Assembly (NCBI GenBank): GCA_963780015.1
Contig: CAWAAO010000009.1
Span: 907-64,906, forward strand
From: an uncultured Actinomycetes bacterium
Lineage (GTDB): Bacteria > Actinomycetota > UBA4738 > HRBIN12
Reading direction: 5' to 3'
Length of the DNA: 64,000 nt
Shown: positions 8,413-18,249 of the stretch, piece after piece
Layout of the letters: the number at the start of each line of letters is the position of its first letter
Numbering within the stretch: the stretch's first letter is position 1
Program-made: the position numbers and the translations under genes
The notes under the pieces: model-generated
Databases searched by the model: none
What the model was told of the DNA's origin: nothing
Seen by the model: only the letters and a program-made list of their open reading frames with translations

Positions 8413-10971
8413 GTGCTCCGCGCCACCATCAAGAGCCTGCTCGGGCGCAAGCTGCGTCTGGCGCTGACGGCGCTCGCCGTCGTGCTTGGGCGTGGGCATG
8501 ACGGCGGGGTCGTTCATCCTGACCGACACCGCGCTCAAGAGCTTCGACTCCCTGTTCGGCGATCTGTTCAAGGGCACCGACGTCGTCGTGCAGGCCACCA
8601 CCGCCTTCGAACCGGGAGCCGCGGGCAACAGCGGGGGCGGCAGCGAGCGCAAGCCGATCCCCGAGAGCGTCCTGCCGCAGGTGCAGGCCGTCGACGGCGT
8701 CGGCAGCGCGGACGGATCGATCGGCGGCACGGCCTGGATCGTCGATCCGGCGACGAACAAGGTGGTGCAGAACGGCGGCGCACCGCCGATCGGCGGATCG
8801 TGGGACCCGAACACCACCACCTTGACGGTCGATCGCGGGTGGCGCGCCGCCCGCCGGGCCGGACCAGGTGGTGGTCGATGCCGGCACGGCGCTCGATCAC
8901 GACCTGTCGGTCGGGCAGAGGATCAAGGTCGTCACGTCGACCGGCCCGGGCCGAGTACACGATCTCCGGCATCATTCGTCTTGGTACGTCGAACAGCCTG
9001 CTTGGGCGCGACCCTCGCGCTGTTCGATCTGCCGACCGCCCAGAAGCTGTTCGATCGCGAGGGGGAACTCGACGCGATCTACGTCAAGGGGGACGGCTCC
9101 GTCTCGCCCGATCAGCTCGCCGCCGGCGTCGGCGCCGTGCTGCCCGACGGGCTACCAGGCGATCACCGCCGCGTCGGCCGCCGCCGAGCAGCAGGATCAG
9201 GTCGGCCAGGGCCTCGGCTTCCTTCGCACGTTCTTCTTGATCTTCGGGTTCGTGGCGCTGTTCGTCGGCGCGTTCATCATCTTCAACACGTTCAACATCG
9301 TGGTGAGCCAGCGCAGCCGCGAGCTGGCGCTGTTCCGCGCGCTCGGAGCGCCGCCGGCGACAGGTGATGACCTCCGTGATGGTGGAGTCGGCGATCGTCG
9401 GGCTCATCGCCTCGCTCGGCGGCGTCCTGCTCGGCATGGCCCTCGCGAAGGGCCTCGAGGCGCTGCTGTCGGCCTCGGGCTGCAGCTGCCGCCGACGGCG
9501 CTCGTCGTCGCCAGCCGCACGATCATCGTGTCGATCGTGCTCGGCACGGGCATCACGATGGCGGCCGCCTATCCGCCGGCGCGGCGGGCCGGGCGGCTCG
9601 CGCCGCTCGAGGCGCTGCGCGACAGCCGGGCACCGAGCGCCTCGATCCGGCGCCGGGTCGTGGTGGGCTCGCTGATCACGATCGCGGGCATCGCGGCGAT
9701 CGGTCTCGCCCTGTTCGGCGATGTGTCGAACGCCGGGCTCGTGGTCGGCCTCGGCGCCGCGCTCACCTTCCTCGGGGTCGCGATGCTGTCGCCGCTGTTC
9801 GCCAAGCCCATCTCGGCCGTGATCGGCCGCCCCTTCCGCGGCAAGATCGCCGGGCGGCTCGGCGTCGAGAACGCGAACCGCAATCCGCGGCGCACCGCCT
9901 CCACCGCGGCGGCGCTGATGATCGGGCTCGGGCTGGTCGCGTTCGTCTCGGTGTTCGCGGCCTCGCTGAAGGCCTCGGCGACCGCAGACGCTCGACGAGG
10001 TGCTGGGCGCCGACTTCACCCTGTCGTCGAACCAGTTCGCGCCGTTCTCGCCGCAGCTGGCGAAGGATCTGTCCGCCGACAGCCAGTTCTCCACCGTGTC
10101 GGCGCTGCGCCAGAGCCGAGGCGCATGCGGGTGCCTCGGACACGTTCATCACGGGCATCGACCCGGCCACGATCACCTCGGTCATGAACATCGAGCATGG
10201 TGTCGCGGGTCGGTGGCGGATCTCTCGCAACCGAACACGGTGATCGTGTCCCGGACCGAGGCCGACGGCAAGGGTCTGTCGATCGGCAGCACGGTCGACA
10301 TGCAGTTCGCGGCGACGGGGGACCAACCGCTGCGCGTCGTCGGCACGTTCGAGACCAACGGGTTGCTGAACGACTACGCGGTCTCGCTCGACACCTACGA
10401 CGCGAACGTGGCGCAGGTGCTCGACCAGGCGGTGTTCGTCAACGTCGCGGACGGCGTTCCCGTCGAGCAGGCGAAGGCCGATCTCGACGCGCTCCTGGAG
10501 AAGGACTATCCGGGGGTGCACCGCCAACGACCAGGAGGCCACGAAGCAGCAGTACCTCGACGTCGGTGAACCAGTTGCTCGCGATCGTGTTCGTGCTGCT
10601 GTTCCTGTCCGTGTTCATCTCCCTGTTCGGGATCGTGAACACGCTGGGGTTGTCGATCTACGAGCGGATCCGGGAGCTCGGGCTGCTCCGCGCGGTGGGC
10701 ATGAGCCGCAAGCAGGTCAAGCGGATGATCCGAACCGAGGCGGTGATCATCGCGATCCTGGGGGCGGTGCTGGGGCTGGTGATCGGGATCGCGTTCGCGT
10801 GGGCGATGCAGCGGGCGCTCGCGGACCTCGGCATCTCGAGCTCTCGCCATCCCGGTCGGCCAGCTCGTCTTCCTCCTGATCGTGGCCGGCCTTCTCGGGG
10901 TCTTCGCCGCCATCTTCCCGGCCCGACGGGCCGCGAAACTCAACATGCTGGAGGCCATCTCCTACGAGTAG
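8413..10971 (+). pseudogene. ABC transporter permease, FtsX/MacB type with two FtsX domains, interrupted by about 13 frame changes
   Basis: A GTG start overlaps the ATPase stop region. The family-like translation (VLRATIKSLLGRKLRLALTALAVVLG / VGMTAGSFILTDT... / ...FLRTFFLIFGFVALFVGAFIIFNTFNIVVSQRSRELALFRALGA / RRQVMTSVMVESAIVG... / ...VNQLLAIVFVLLFLSVFISLFGIVNTLGLSIYERIRELGLLRAVGMSRKQV... / ...LAIPVGQLVFLLIVAGLLGVFAAIFPARRAAKLNMLEAISYE*) can only be followed by hopping among ORFs 7789.., 8486.., 8868.., 9364.., 10000.., 10197.. . Approximate junctions: 8490, 8840, 8945, 9003, 9160, 9350, 9480, 9980, 10113, 10200, 10520, 10560, 10845. Confidence 0.85.
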
Positions 10972-11009
10972 GCCCGGTCGGCCGTAGGTCGTCGGCTATC
11001 CTGCGACGC

Positions 11010-12959
11010 ATGCCGACCCTGCGTCTGCCCGATGGCACCACCGTCGCGCTTCCCGAAGGGGAGCCGGTCGGCAGCGCCCTGGCGCCCGGCGCGATCGCCG
11101 CGCGCGTCGACGGCGAGCTGCGTGACCTCTCCTACGTGCCGGCCGGCGACGCGGCGGTCGAGCCCGTCGACGTGCGCACCGACGACGGCCTCCACGTGTT
11201 GCGCCACTCGACCGCCCACGTGCTCGCGCAGGCGGTCTCCCGGCTGTGGCCGGGCACCAAGCTCGGCATCGGGCCGACGATCGCCGACGGCTTCTACTAC
11301 GACCTGGCGATCCCGAAACACGTCAGCGTCGATGACCTGCCAAGGATCGAGGAGACGATGCGGGCGATCGTGGCCGAGGACCAGGCGTTCGTCCGCGAGG
11401 ACGTCGACCGCGACGAAGCGCTTCGCCGCCTGACCGAGCAGCCCTTCAAACGGGAGATCGTGGAGGGTCTCGCCGCCGAGGAGGGCGCGGGCGACATCGC
11501 CGCCGGCGCCCAGACCGCCAGCTTCTACCGCAACGACGGCTGGGAGGACCTGTGCCTCGGGCCGCACGTGCCCTCGAGCGGGCGTCTCGGCGCGTTCACC
11601 TTGACCGCGGTCAGCGGCGCGTACTGGCGCGGCGACGAGAAGAACCCGCAGCTCACCCGCATCTACGGGACCGCGTGGGCGACGCAGGAGGACCTCGACG
11701 CCTACCTGCTGCGCATGGAGGAAGCCGAGCGCCGCGACCACCGCAAGCTCGGCGTCGACCTCGACCTGTTCTCGTTCCCCGAGGAGATCGGCTCGGGCCT
11801 GGCCGTCTTCCATCCGCGCGGCGGGCTCGTTCGGATGATCATGGAGGACTACTCGCGGCAGCGCCACGTGGAGGGCGACTACGAGTTCGTGTACTCGCCC
11901 CACATCACGAAGCGCGAGCTGTTCGACACGAGCGGGCACCTCGAGTGGTACGCGGACGGCATGTTCCCGCCGATGGAGCTCGACGGCGGCACCGAGTACT
12001 ACCTGAAGCCGATGAACTGCCCGTTCCACGTGCTGATCTACAAGGCGCGGACGCGCTCCTACCGCGAGCTGCCGCTGCGGCTGTTCGAGTTCGGCGGCGT
12101 CTACCGCTACGAGAAGTCCGGCGTCGTGCACGGCCTCACCCGCGTACGCGGCATGACGCAGGACGACGCGCACATCTTCACGACCCGCGAGCAGATGGGG
12201 GAGGAGCTCCAATCGTTGCTCGACTTCACCCTCTCCCTGCTGCGCGACTACGGTCTCGACGACTTCTACCTGGAGCTGTCGACGAAGCCCGAGGAGAAGG
12301 CGGTCGGGTCCGACGAGGAGTGGGACGAGGCGACCGAGGCGCTTCGCCAGGCGGCCCTGAGCAAGGATCTCGAGCTCGTGATGGACCCGGGTGGCGGTGC
12401 CTTCTACGGCCCGAAGATCAGCGTGCAGGCGCGCGACGCGATCGGGCGCACCTGGCAGATGTCGACGATCCAGCTCGACTTCCAGACGCCCCAGCGCTTC
12501 GAGATGTACTACGCGGGCGCCGACAGCAAGCGCCATCGCCCGATCATGATCCACCGGGCGCTGTTCGGGTCGGTGGAGCGGTTCTTCGCCGTGCTCACCG
12601 AGCACTACGCGGGCGCGTTCCCGTTGTGGCTTGCGCCGGAGCAGCTTCGTCTGTTGCCGGTTGCCGATCGCAACGTCGAGGTCGCCCACGAGCTGGCGGC
12701 GCGGGCGCGCGCGGCGGGTCTGCGCGTCGAGGTCGACGACTCGAAGCAGTCGGTCGGCAAGAAGATCCGCGCCGCGCAGCTGATGAAGACGCCCTACACG
12801 GTGGTGCTCGGCGATCGCGACCTCGAGGCCGGCACGTTCACGGTGCGCGGTCGCGGCGGCGTGGAGACCCCGGGCGTCGCCTTCGACGCGATCGTGGCGG
12901 CGTTGGTGGCGGAGTCGACCACGCGTTCGCTCGACGCGACCGACTTCACGGCGGTGTGA
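11010..12959 (+). CDS. thrS: threonine--tRNA ligase
   Basis: From ATG 11010: MPTLRLPDGTTVALPEG... (TGS domain), HSTAHVLAQAV (editing domain), class II core (...YLKPMNCPFH..., ...FGGVYRYEKSG...HGLTRVRGMTQDDAHIF...) and anticodon-binding C-terminus. The track ORF 10197..12959 is this frame extended upstream into the permease pseudogene. Confidence 0.95.
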   Translation: MPTLRLPDGTTVALPEGEPVGSALAPGAIAARVDGELRDLSYVPAGDAAVEPVDVRTDDGLHVLRHSTAHVLAQAVSRLWPGTKLGIGPTIADGFYYDLAIPKHVSVDDLPRIEETMRAIVAEDQAFVREDVDRDEALRRLTEQPFKREIVEGLAAEEGAGDIAAGAQTASFYRNDGWEDLCLGPHVPSSGRLGAFTLTAVSGAYWRGDEKNPQLTRIYGTAWATQEDLDAYLLRMEEAERRDHRKLGVDLDLFSFPEEIGSGLAVFHPRGGLVRMIMEDYSRQRHVEGDYEFVYSPHITKRELFDTSGHLEWYADGMFPPMELDGGTEYYLKPMNCPFHVLIYKARTRSYRELPLRLFEFGGVYRYEKSGVVHGLTRVRGMTQDDAHIFTTREQMGEELQSLLDFTLSLLRDYGLDDFYLELSTKPEEKAVGSDEEWDEATEALRQAALSKDLELVMDPGGGAFYGPKISVQARDAIGRTWQMSTIQLDFQTPQRFEMYYAGADSKRHRPIMIHRALFGSVERFFAVLTEHYAGAFPLWLAPEQLRLLPVADRNVEVAHELAARARAAGLRVEVDDSKQSVGKKIRAAQLMKTPYTVVLGDRDLEAGTFTVRGRGGVETPGVAFDAIVAALVAESTTRSLDATDFTAV

Positions 12960-12961
12960 CG

Positions 12962-13450
12962 GTGGACCGGCTCTGGAGCCCGTGGCGGATGGAGTACATC
13001 CAGGCCAACAAGGAGGAGCCGCCGGATCGTGGGTGCGTGTTCTGCGCGGCGCTCGAGGGCGAGGAGGACGGCGAGCGCATCCTGCGACGCGACGAGCACG
13101 CGTTCGTGACGCTCGCGAAGTACCCGTACAACCCCGGCCACCTGCTGGTGCTGCCGGTGCGCCACGTGGGCGAGCTCGAGGAGCTCACCGTCGAGGAGAA
13201 CGTGGGCATCGCGTCGCTGCTGCAGCGTGGCGTGCGGGCGCTCCGCGCCGCCGCGGAGCCCCACGGGTTCAACGTCGGGCTCAACCTCGGCCGGGTCGCC
13301 GGCGCCGGCATCCCCGAGCACCTGCACTGGCACGTCGTGCCCCGATGGGGCGGCGACACGAACTTCATGCCGGTGGTGGGCGGCACCCGGGTGCTGCCGG
13401 AGCTGCTCGCCGAGACCCACGAGAAGCTCGCGCCGCACTTCGCAGACTGA
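12962..13450 (+). CDS. HIT family protein (Ap4A phosphorylase-like, position of Rv2613c)
   Basis: A GTG start gives VDRLWSPWRMEYIQ...CVFC...; histidine triad HLHWHVVPRW. It sits directly after thrS, as in other actinobacteria. Confidence 0.85.
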   Translation: MDRLWSPWRMEYIQANKEEPPDRGCVFCAALEGEEDGERILRRDEHAFVTLAKYPYNPGHLLVLPVRHVGELEELTVEENVGIASLLQRGVRALRAAAEPHGFNVGLNLGRVAGAGIPEHLHWHVVPRWGGDTNFMPVVGGTRVLPELLAETHEKLAPHFAD

Positions 13451-14259
13451 TGGACGGCACGATCGCGCTCGTCGACGGTGGACATCTCGCCTTCGAAGAC
13501 GTGGGCGACGGTCCCGCGGTCGTCTTCCTGCATCCGGGGCTGTGGGACATGCGCACGTGGGATCCGCAGATCGTCCCGTTCACCGACGCGGGCTACCGCG
13601 TGATCCGCTACGACCTGCGCGGCTACGGCCAGTCGAGCCGGACGACCGCCGAGCCGTACTCGCACGTCGCCGACCTGTGCAGCCTGCTCGACACGCTCGA
13701 CGTCGAGCAGGCGGCGCTCATCGGGTGCTCGATGGGCGGCGCGGTCGCGATCGACACGGTCCTGACGGCGCCGACCCGGGTGTGGGCGCTCGTGACGGTG
13801 GCGGCGGGACTGGGCGGCTTCGAGCCGAACACCGAGGAAGAGGAGTGGTGGGAGGACGCGGGCGCCGGCATCGAGGAGGCCGTCGAGGCGGGGGAGTTGG
13901 TGCGCGCCCAGGACCTTCGCCTCGCGATCTGGGCGCCGCTCGGCACCGAGGACGCGGCCGGCGCCACGATCCGCCGGATCGCGTTCGACAACATCCACGA
14001 GCTGACGATGGACGAGAGCGGCGAGATCGAGCTCGACCCGCCGGCCGCGCACCGGCTGCACGAGATCGACGCGCCGACCCTGGTCCTCAAGGCCGAGCAC
14101 GATCCGCCGGACATGCGGCGCATCTCGGACCTGATCGCCGCCGGTGTGCCGGGCGCGCGCGCCCGGATGATCGAGGGCGCCGACCACGTGGTGAACCTGC
14201 GCCAGCCCGCGGCGTTCGACGACGCCGTGCTGCCGTTCCTGGCCGAGGTTCGTCCCTAG
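13450..14259 (+). CDS. alpha/beta hydrolase
   Basis: MDGTIALVDGGHLAFEDVGDGPAVVFLHPG..., nucleophile elbow GCSMGG, C-terminal ...GADHVVNLRQP.... ATG 13450 overlaps the HIT stop. Confidence 0.85.
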   Translation: MDGTIALVDGGHLAFEDVGDGPAVVFLHPGLWDMRTWDPQIVPFTDAGYRVIRYDLRGYGQSSRTTAEPYSHVADLCSLLDTLDVEQAALIGCSMGGAVAIDTVLTAPTRVWALVTVAAGLGGFEPNTEEEEWWEDAGAGIEEAVEAGELVRAQDLRLAIWAPLGTEDAAGATIRRIAFDNIHELTMDESGEIELDPPAAHRLHEIDAPTLVLKAEHDPPDMRRISDLIAAGVPGARARMIEGADHVVNLRQPAAFDDAVLPFLAEVRP

Positions 14260-14629
14260 ATGGGGCGGGCGCTGTCTCGGCGCCGGCGCGCTGCTCGGGT
14301 TCCTCGGGGTGGCCGCCGGCGCGTTCGGCGCCCACGCGATGCGGGCGAAGCTCACGCCCGAGCGGCTCGACAACTGGAAGACCGCCGCCGACTACCAGCT
14401 GTGGCACGCGCTCGCGACGATCGCCGCGGGGCTGGCGGCGGCCCGGTGGGAGAGCGGCGCCGCGGCCGCGGCGGGCTGGTGCTTCGTGGCCGGCACGCTC
14501 GTGTTCAGCGGCAGCCTCTACGCGTTGGCCGTGACCGACAGGCGGAAGCTCGGCGCGATCACGCCGATCGGCGGCGTGCTGTTCCTGATCGGCTGGGCGC
14601 TGTTGGTCGTGGCCGCCCTCACCGCCTGA
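14260..14629 (+). CDS. DUF423 (YgdD-like) membrane protein; probable +1 frame break near 14275
   Basis: The track ORF 14309..14629 starts inside the conserved first TM (GALLGFLGVAAGAFGAHA), which is readable upstream in the same frame but has no start there. The only ATG (14260, MGRAL...) is in the -1 neighbouring frame. Otherwise GTG 14309 gives a truncated TM1. Confidence 0.65.
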
Positions 14630-14632
14630 GCG

Positions 14633-16723
14633 CTACTTCTTGTGGGCTTCCTCTTTGGCGGCCTGATACTCGGCGATCACCTTCGAGGCGAGATGCGCGG
14701 GCATCTCCTCGTAGTGGTCGAAGGTCATCGTGAAGGCGCCGCGGCCGCCGGTCATCGAGCGCAGGTCGATCACGTAGCGCGCCACCTCGCTCTGGGGCAC
14801 CAGCGCGTTGATCCGCTGCTTGCCACCGCCGATCTGCTCCATGCCCTGGATCTTGCCGCGCTTGACGTTGAGGTCGCCCATGATGTCGCCGGTGAACGTG
14901 TCGGGCACGACGACCTGCAGCGCCACGACCGGCTCCAGCAGCGCGACGCCGGCGGCCTCGACCGCCTCCTTCAGCGCGAGCGAGCCCGCGACCTGGAACG
15001 CCATGTCGGAGGAGTCGACCGTGTGGAACTTCCCGTCGACCAGCGCGACGTGGACGTCGACCATCGGGTTCCCGCTCAAGACGCCGTCGGCCATCGTCTT
15101 GACGATGCCCTTCTGGACCGAGGGGATGAACTGCTGGGGGATCGCGCCGCCGACGATCTTGGACTCGAACACGAAGCCCTCGCCGCGTGCGCTCGGGGAG
15201 ATGTCGATGTCGCAGACCGCGTACTGGCCGTGCCCGCCCGATTGCTTCACGTGGCGGCCGTGCCCCTTCGCCGCGCCGCGGATCGTCTCGCGGAACGCGA
15301 TCTTCGCGGGGTGGTGCAGCACGTCGACGCCGAACTTCGTCTTGAGCCGGCTCATCTGCACGTCGAGGTGCGCCTCGCCCATGCCGTAGATCACCGTCTC
15401 GTGCGTCTCCTCGTTCCGCTCGATCCGGAACGACGGGTCCTCCTCGCGGAGCCGCGTGAGCCCGGTCGCCAGCTTGTCCTCGTCGCCCTTGGAGGCGGGC
15501 TCGATCGCGTAGGCGAGCAGCGGTTCCGGCAGCTCGACGGGAAGCAGGGTCGCCGGCGTGTCCTTCGCCGACCAGGTGTCGCCGGTGTGCGCGTGCTGCA
15601 GCTTCGCGACCGCGCCGATGTCGCCCGCGGGCACCTCCGCGACCGACTCGTGGTCCTTGCCGCGCTGGGTGAAGAGCTGGCTGATCCGCTCCTCGGTGCC
15701 CTGGGTCGCGTCGTGCACGGTGGAGTCGGGCCGGACCGTTCCGGAGAACACGCGAAACATCGTGATGTGCCCGACGAAGGGGTCCGAGACCGTCTTGAAC
15801 ACGTAGGCGGCGAGCGGTCCGTTCGGGTCCGGCGTGCGCTCGAGCTCGGCCTCCGCCTTCCCGTGCACGGTGATCGCGCCCCGATCCACCGGCGAGGGGA
15901 ACTCTTCCACGATGAAGTCGAGCAGCCGGTCGATCCCGATCGCCTTGGCGGCCGAGCCGCAGATCACGGGCGCGAGACGTGCCCGCGCGAACCCGCCCTT
16001 CGCGCCCTCGACGATGTGCTCCTCGGGCAGCGAGCCGGTTTCCAGATACTCCTCGATCAACGCGTCGTCGGACTCGGCCACCGCCTCGATCAGCTTCTCG
16101 CGGGCCGGGTCGGCCATCGCGTGCAGATCGTCGGGCCAGTCCGATTCCTCGGCCTTCGGTCCGCTCGGGTACAGGTCGGCCTTCTCGTGCAGCAGGTCGG
16201 CGATCCCGCGGAACTCCTGCTCGGCGCCGATCGGCAGCTCGAACGGCGCGACCTGGTTGCCGAAGCTCGACACGAGCTGCGCGAGCGTCGCCTCGAAGTC
16301 GGCGCGCTCCCGGTCCAGCTTGTTGACGAAGATCGCGCGGGGGAGCCCTTCGTCGACCGCCAGCTCCCACGCGTACTCGGTCTGGACCTCCACGCCGTCG
16401 ACCGCGGACACGACCACGATCACCGCGTCGACCGCGCGGATCGCGTTGCGCAGATCGCCGACGAAGTCGGCGGTGCCCGGCGCGTCGAGCACGTTGATCT
16501 TCGTGCCCTTCCACTCCACCGGGGCCATCGCGAGCGACACGGAGATGCCGCGGCGTTGCTCGTCGGGATCGTGGTCGGACAGGGTGTTCCCGTCCTCGAC
16601 CGTGCCCATCCGCGTGATCGATCCGGCGGTGAACAGCATGGCTTCCAGGAGCGAGGTCTTCCCCGCTCCGGCATGGCCGACCAGCAAGACGTTCCGGATG
16701 TCGTTCGCGCCGTAGGTCTTCAA
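14633..16723 (-). CDS. elongation factor G-like GTPase (EF-G2 paralogue type)
   Basis: 696 aa. G1 GHAGAGKTS, G3 DAPGTADF, G4 NKLD, then EF-G domains II-V. No fusA/tuf/rps context. Convergent with the DUF423 gene (3-nt gap). Confidence 0.9.
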   Translation of the reverse strand: MKTYGANDIRNVLLVGHAGAGKTSLLEAMLFTAGSITRMGTVEDGNTLSDHDPDEQRRGISVSLAMAPVEWKGTKINVLDAPGTADFVGDLRNAIRAVDAVIVVVSAVDGVEVQTEYAWELAVDEGLPRAIFVNKLDRERADFEATLAQLVSSFGNQVAPFELPIGAEQEFRGIADLLHEKADLYPSGPKAEESDWPDDLHAMADPAREKLIEAVAESDDALIEEYLETGSLPEEHIVEGAKGGFARARLAPVICGSAAKAIGIDRLLDFIVEEFPSPVDRGAITVHGKAEAELERTPDPNGPLAAYVFKTVSDPFVGHITMFRVFSGTVRPDSTVHDATQGTEERISQLFTQRGKDHESVAEVPAGDIGAVAKLQHAHTGDTWSAKDTPATLLPVELPEPLLAYAIEPASKGDEDKLATGLTRLREEDPSFRIERNEETHETVIYGMGEAHLDVQMSRLKTKFGVDVLHHPAKIAFRETIRGAAKGHGRHVKQSGGHGQYAVCDIDISPSARGEGFVFESKIVGGAIPQQFIPSVQKGIVKTMADGVLSGNPMVDVHVALVDGKFHTVDSSDMAFQVAGSLALKEAVEAAGVALLEPVVALQVVVPDTFTGDIMGDLNVKRGKIQGMEQIGGGKQRINALVPQSEVARYVIDLRSMTGGRGAFTMTFDHYEEMPAHLASKVIAEYQAAKEEAHKK

Positions 16724-16792
16724 CGCGGGCTCCTTCGTCCGTGGGGAACAGGTTCGGGCATCCTACCCAGTTGCTAGGCTCGCGCTCACCCC

Positions 16793-17323
16793 ATGGTTCG
16801 CTTCCAGCGTCAACCACCCGGCACCGCCCTCACCCGCGCAAGCTCCGTCGTCGGGCTGGGCTTGGCCGTGGGCGCGGCCTTCGTGATCCTGGACGGCCGG
16901 CTGGAGCGCGGAGGCGTGCTCGCGGCGACCAGCGGCGCGTTGCTGCTGCTGGGGGGCCATCGTGCCAACCACGGTCTCGGCGGGCCCGTCGACCGGATGC
17001 TCACCGAGCTGTTCGACCGCGGCTGGGACGCGTGCGTGCTCGCGCCGATCGTCTGGATCACCTACGGCACCGAGCCCGAGATCGCCGTGGGGGCGCTGGT
17101 GGCGCTGTGCGCGAGCTTCCTGTCGTCCTACGTCCGCGCCCGTGGCGCCGCGCTGAACTACTCGATCGAGGAGAGCCATGTGACGCGCGGCGTTCGCTAC
17201 GCGCTGGTGTCGGCGGGGCTGCTGTTCGGCTGGCTGGCGTGGACCGTGTGGGCGGCGGCGGCGCTCGCGGTGCTCGCCGCGCTCGTGCGGACCGGGCAGA
17301 TGGCCCGCGAGGAGCGTGCGTGA
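16793..17323 (+). CDS. CDP-alcohol phosphatidyltransferase-like membrane protein in the pgsA1 position, catalytic motif divergent
   Basis: 176 aa, multi-TM. ...ILDGRLER... and ...SSYVRARGAALNYSIEESHVTRGVRYAL... resemble the PgsA1 segments LDGAMAR and SYIKARAE...ERPERLII. GTGA overlap with the next gene. Confidence 0.5.
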   Translation: MVRFQRQPPGTALTRASSVVGLGLAVGAAFVILDGRLERGGVLAATSGALLLLGGHRANHGLGGPVDRMLTELFDRGWDACVLAPIVWITYGTEPEIAVGALVALCASFLSSYVRARGAALNYSIEESHVTRGVRYALVSAGLLFGWLAWTVWAAAALAVLAALVRTGQMAREERA

Positions 17324-18249
17324 GCACGACCGACGCGCAGCCCATCGAATCCGACGAGGCCGCCGAGACGTTTCGCGAGCGCCTGGCGTTCCACGCCTAC
17401 GCGTCGGTCGCCTGGCTCGGACGCACCTTGCCCACCCATACGGGTCGGGCGCTGTTCCGGTTGTTCGGCACGCTGGCGTTCCACCTCGCCTCGCGTACGC
17501 GCGCCGTCGTCGCGGCGAACCAGGCGCAGGTGATCGGCCGGCCCGTGGACGACCCGCTCGTCGTGGCGAGCACGCGCGAGGCGTTCCGCTCCTACGGCCG
17601 CTACTGGTACGACACGTTCGCGCTCACCTCGATGGGCGACGAGCAGATGCGCGCCGCCTTCGACTGGGACGGCGACCAGTTCCTGTTGGAGCCGACGTCC
17701 CGCGGGCAGGGGGTGATCGCGGTGCTCCCGCATCTCGGCAACTGGGACGCGTGCGGCCGCGACATGACGGCGCGCGGTCTGCCGGTGGTGGCCGTGGCCG
17801 AGCGGCTCCGTCCGGAGCGTCTGTACCGCCTGTTCGTCCGCGAGCGCGAGGCCAACGGCGTCCGCGTGATCGGTCTCGGCGGCGCCGGGGTCGGCAGGTC
17901 GCTGAGCGCCGCGATCGAGGAGGGCAACGTGCTCGCGCTGCTGGCGGACCGCGACCTGTCCGGCCGGGGGATCAAGGTCGAGATGTTCGGCGCCACCCGC
18001 CGCATGCCCGCCGGGCCCGCGATGCTCGCGCTGTCCACCGGCGCCCCGATCGTGGTGGTCGGGTGCTACCAGACCGCGGCGGGCTGGCGCGCGATCGTGC
18101 GCCCGCTGCCGATGCCCGAGCCGACGGGGGATCGCAAGACCGACGCGCGCGCGATCACCCAGCGGATCGCCGAGGCGTTCGAGCGGCTGATCGCCGCCGC
18201 GCCGGCCGAGTGGCACGTGTTCCAGCCCGGCTGGCCGAGCGAGGACTGA
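17320..18249 (+). CDS. lauroyl/myristoyl (HtrB/LpxL-family) acyltransferase, PIM acyltransferase-like (Rv2611c position)
   Basis: A GTG start gives VSTTDAQPIES...; HLGNWD (HX4D acyltransferase motif); ...ALLADRDLSGRGIKVEMFG.... It lies between the pgsA-like gene and pimA. Confidence 0.85.
   Translation: MSTTDAQPIESDEAAETFRERLAFHAYASVAWLGRTLPTHTGRALFRLFGTLAFHLASRTRAVVAANQAQVIGRPVDDPLVVASTREAFRSYGRYWYDTFALTSMGDEQMRAAFDWDGDQFLLEPTSRGQGVIAVLPHLGNWDACGRDMTARGLPVVAVAERLRPERLYRLFVREREANGVRVIGLGGAGVGRSLSAAIEEGNVLALLADRDLSGRGIKVEMFGATRRMPAGPAMLALSTGAPIVVVGCYQTAAGWRAIVRPLPMPEPTGDRKTDARAITQRIAEAFERLIAAAPAEWHVFQPGWPSED

Noticed and set aside
8413-10971. Programmed ribosomal frameshifting or recoding as the explanation for the frame changes
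   Set aside because: There are far too many sites, with no shared slippery heptamer or downstream structure, and they occur in unrelated genes. Indels, whether real or technical, are the simpler explanation.
14619-16817. ORFs 14619..16817 (-, 732 aa) and 14642..16777 (+, 711 aa)
   Set aside because: Both are shadows of the EF-G-like gene (14633..16723, -), which alone shows GTPase motifs. Both alternatives are Arg/Gly/Asp-rich low-complexity sequence.
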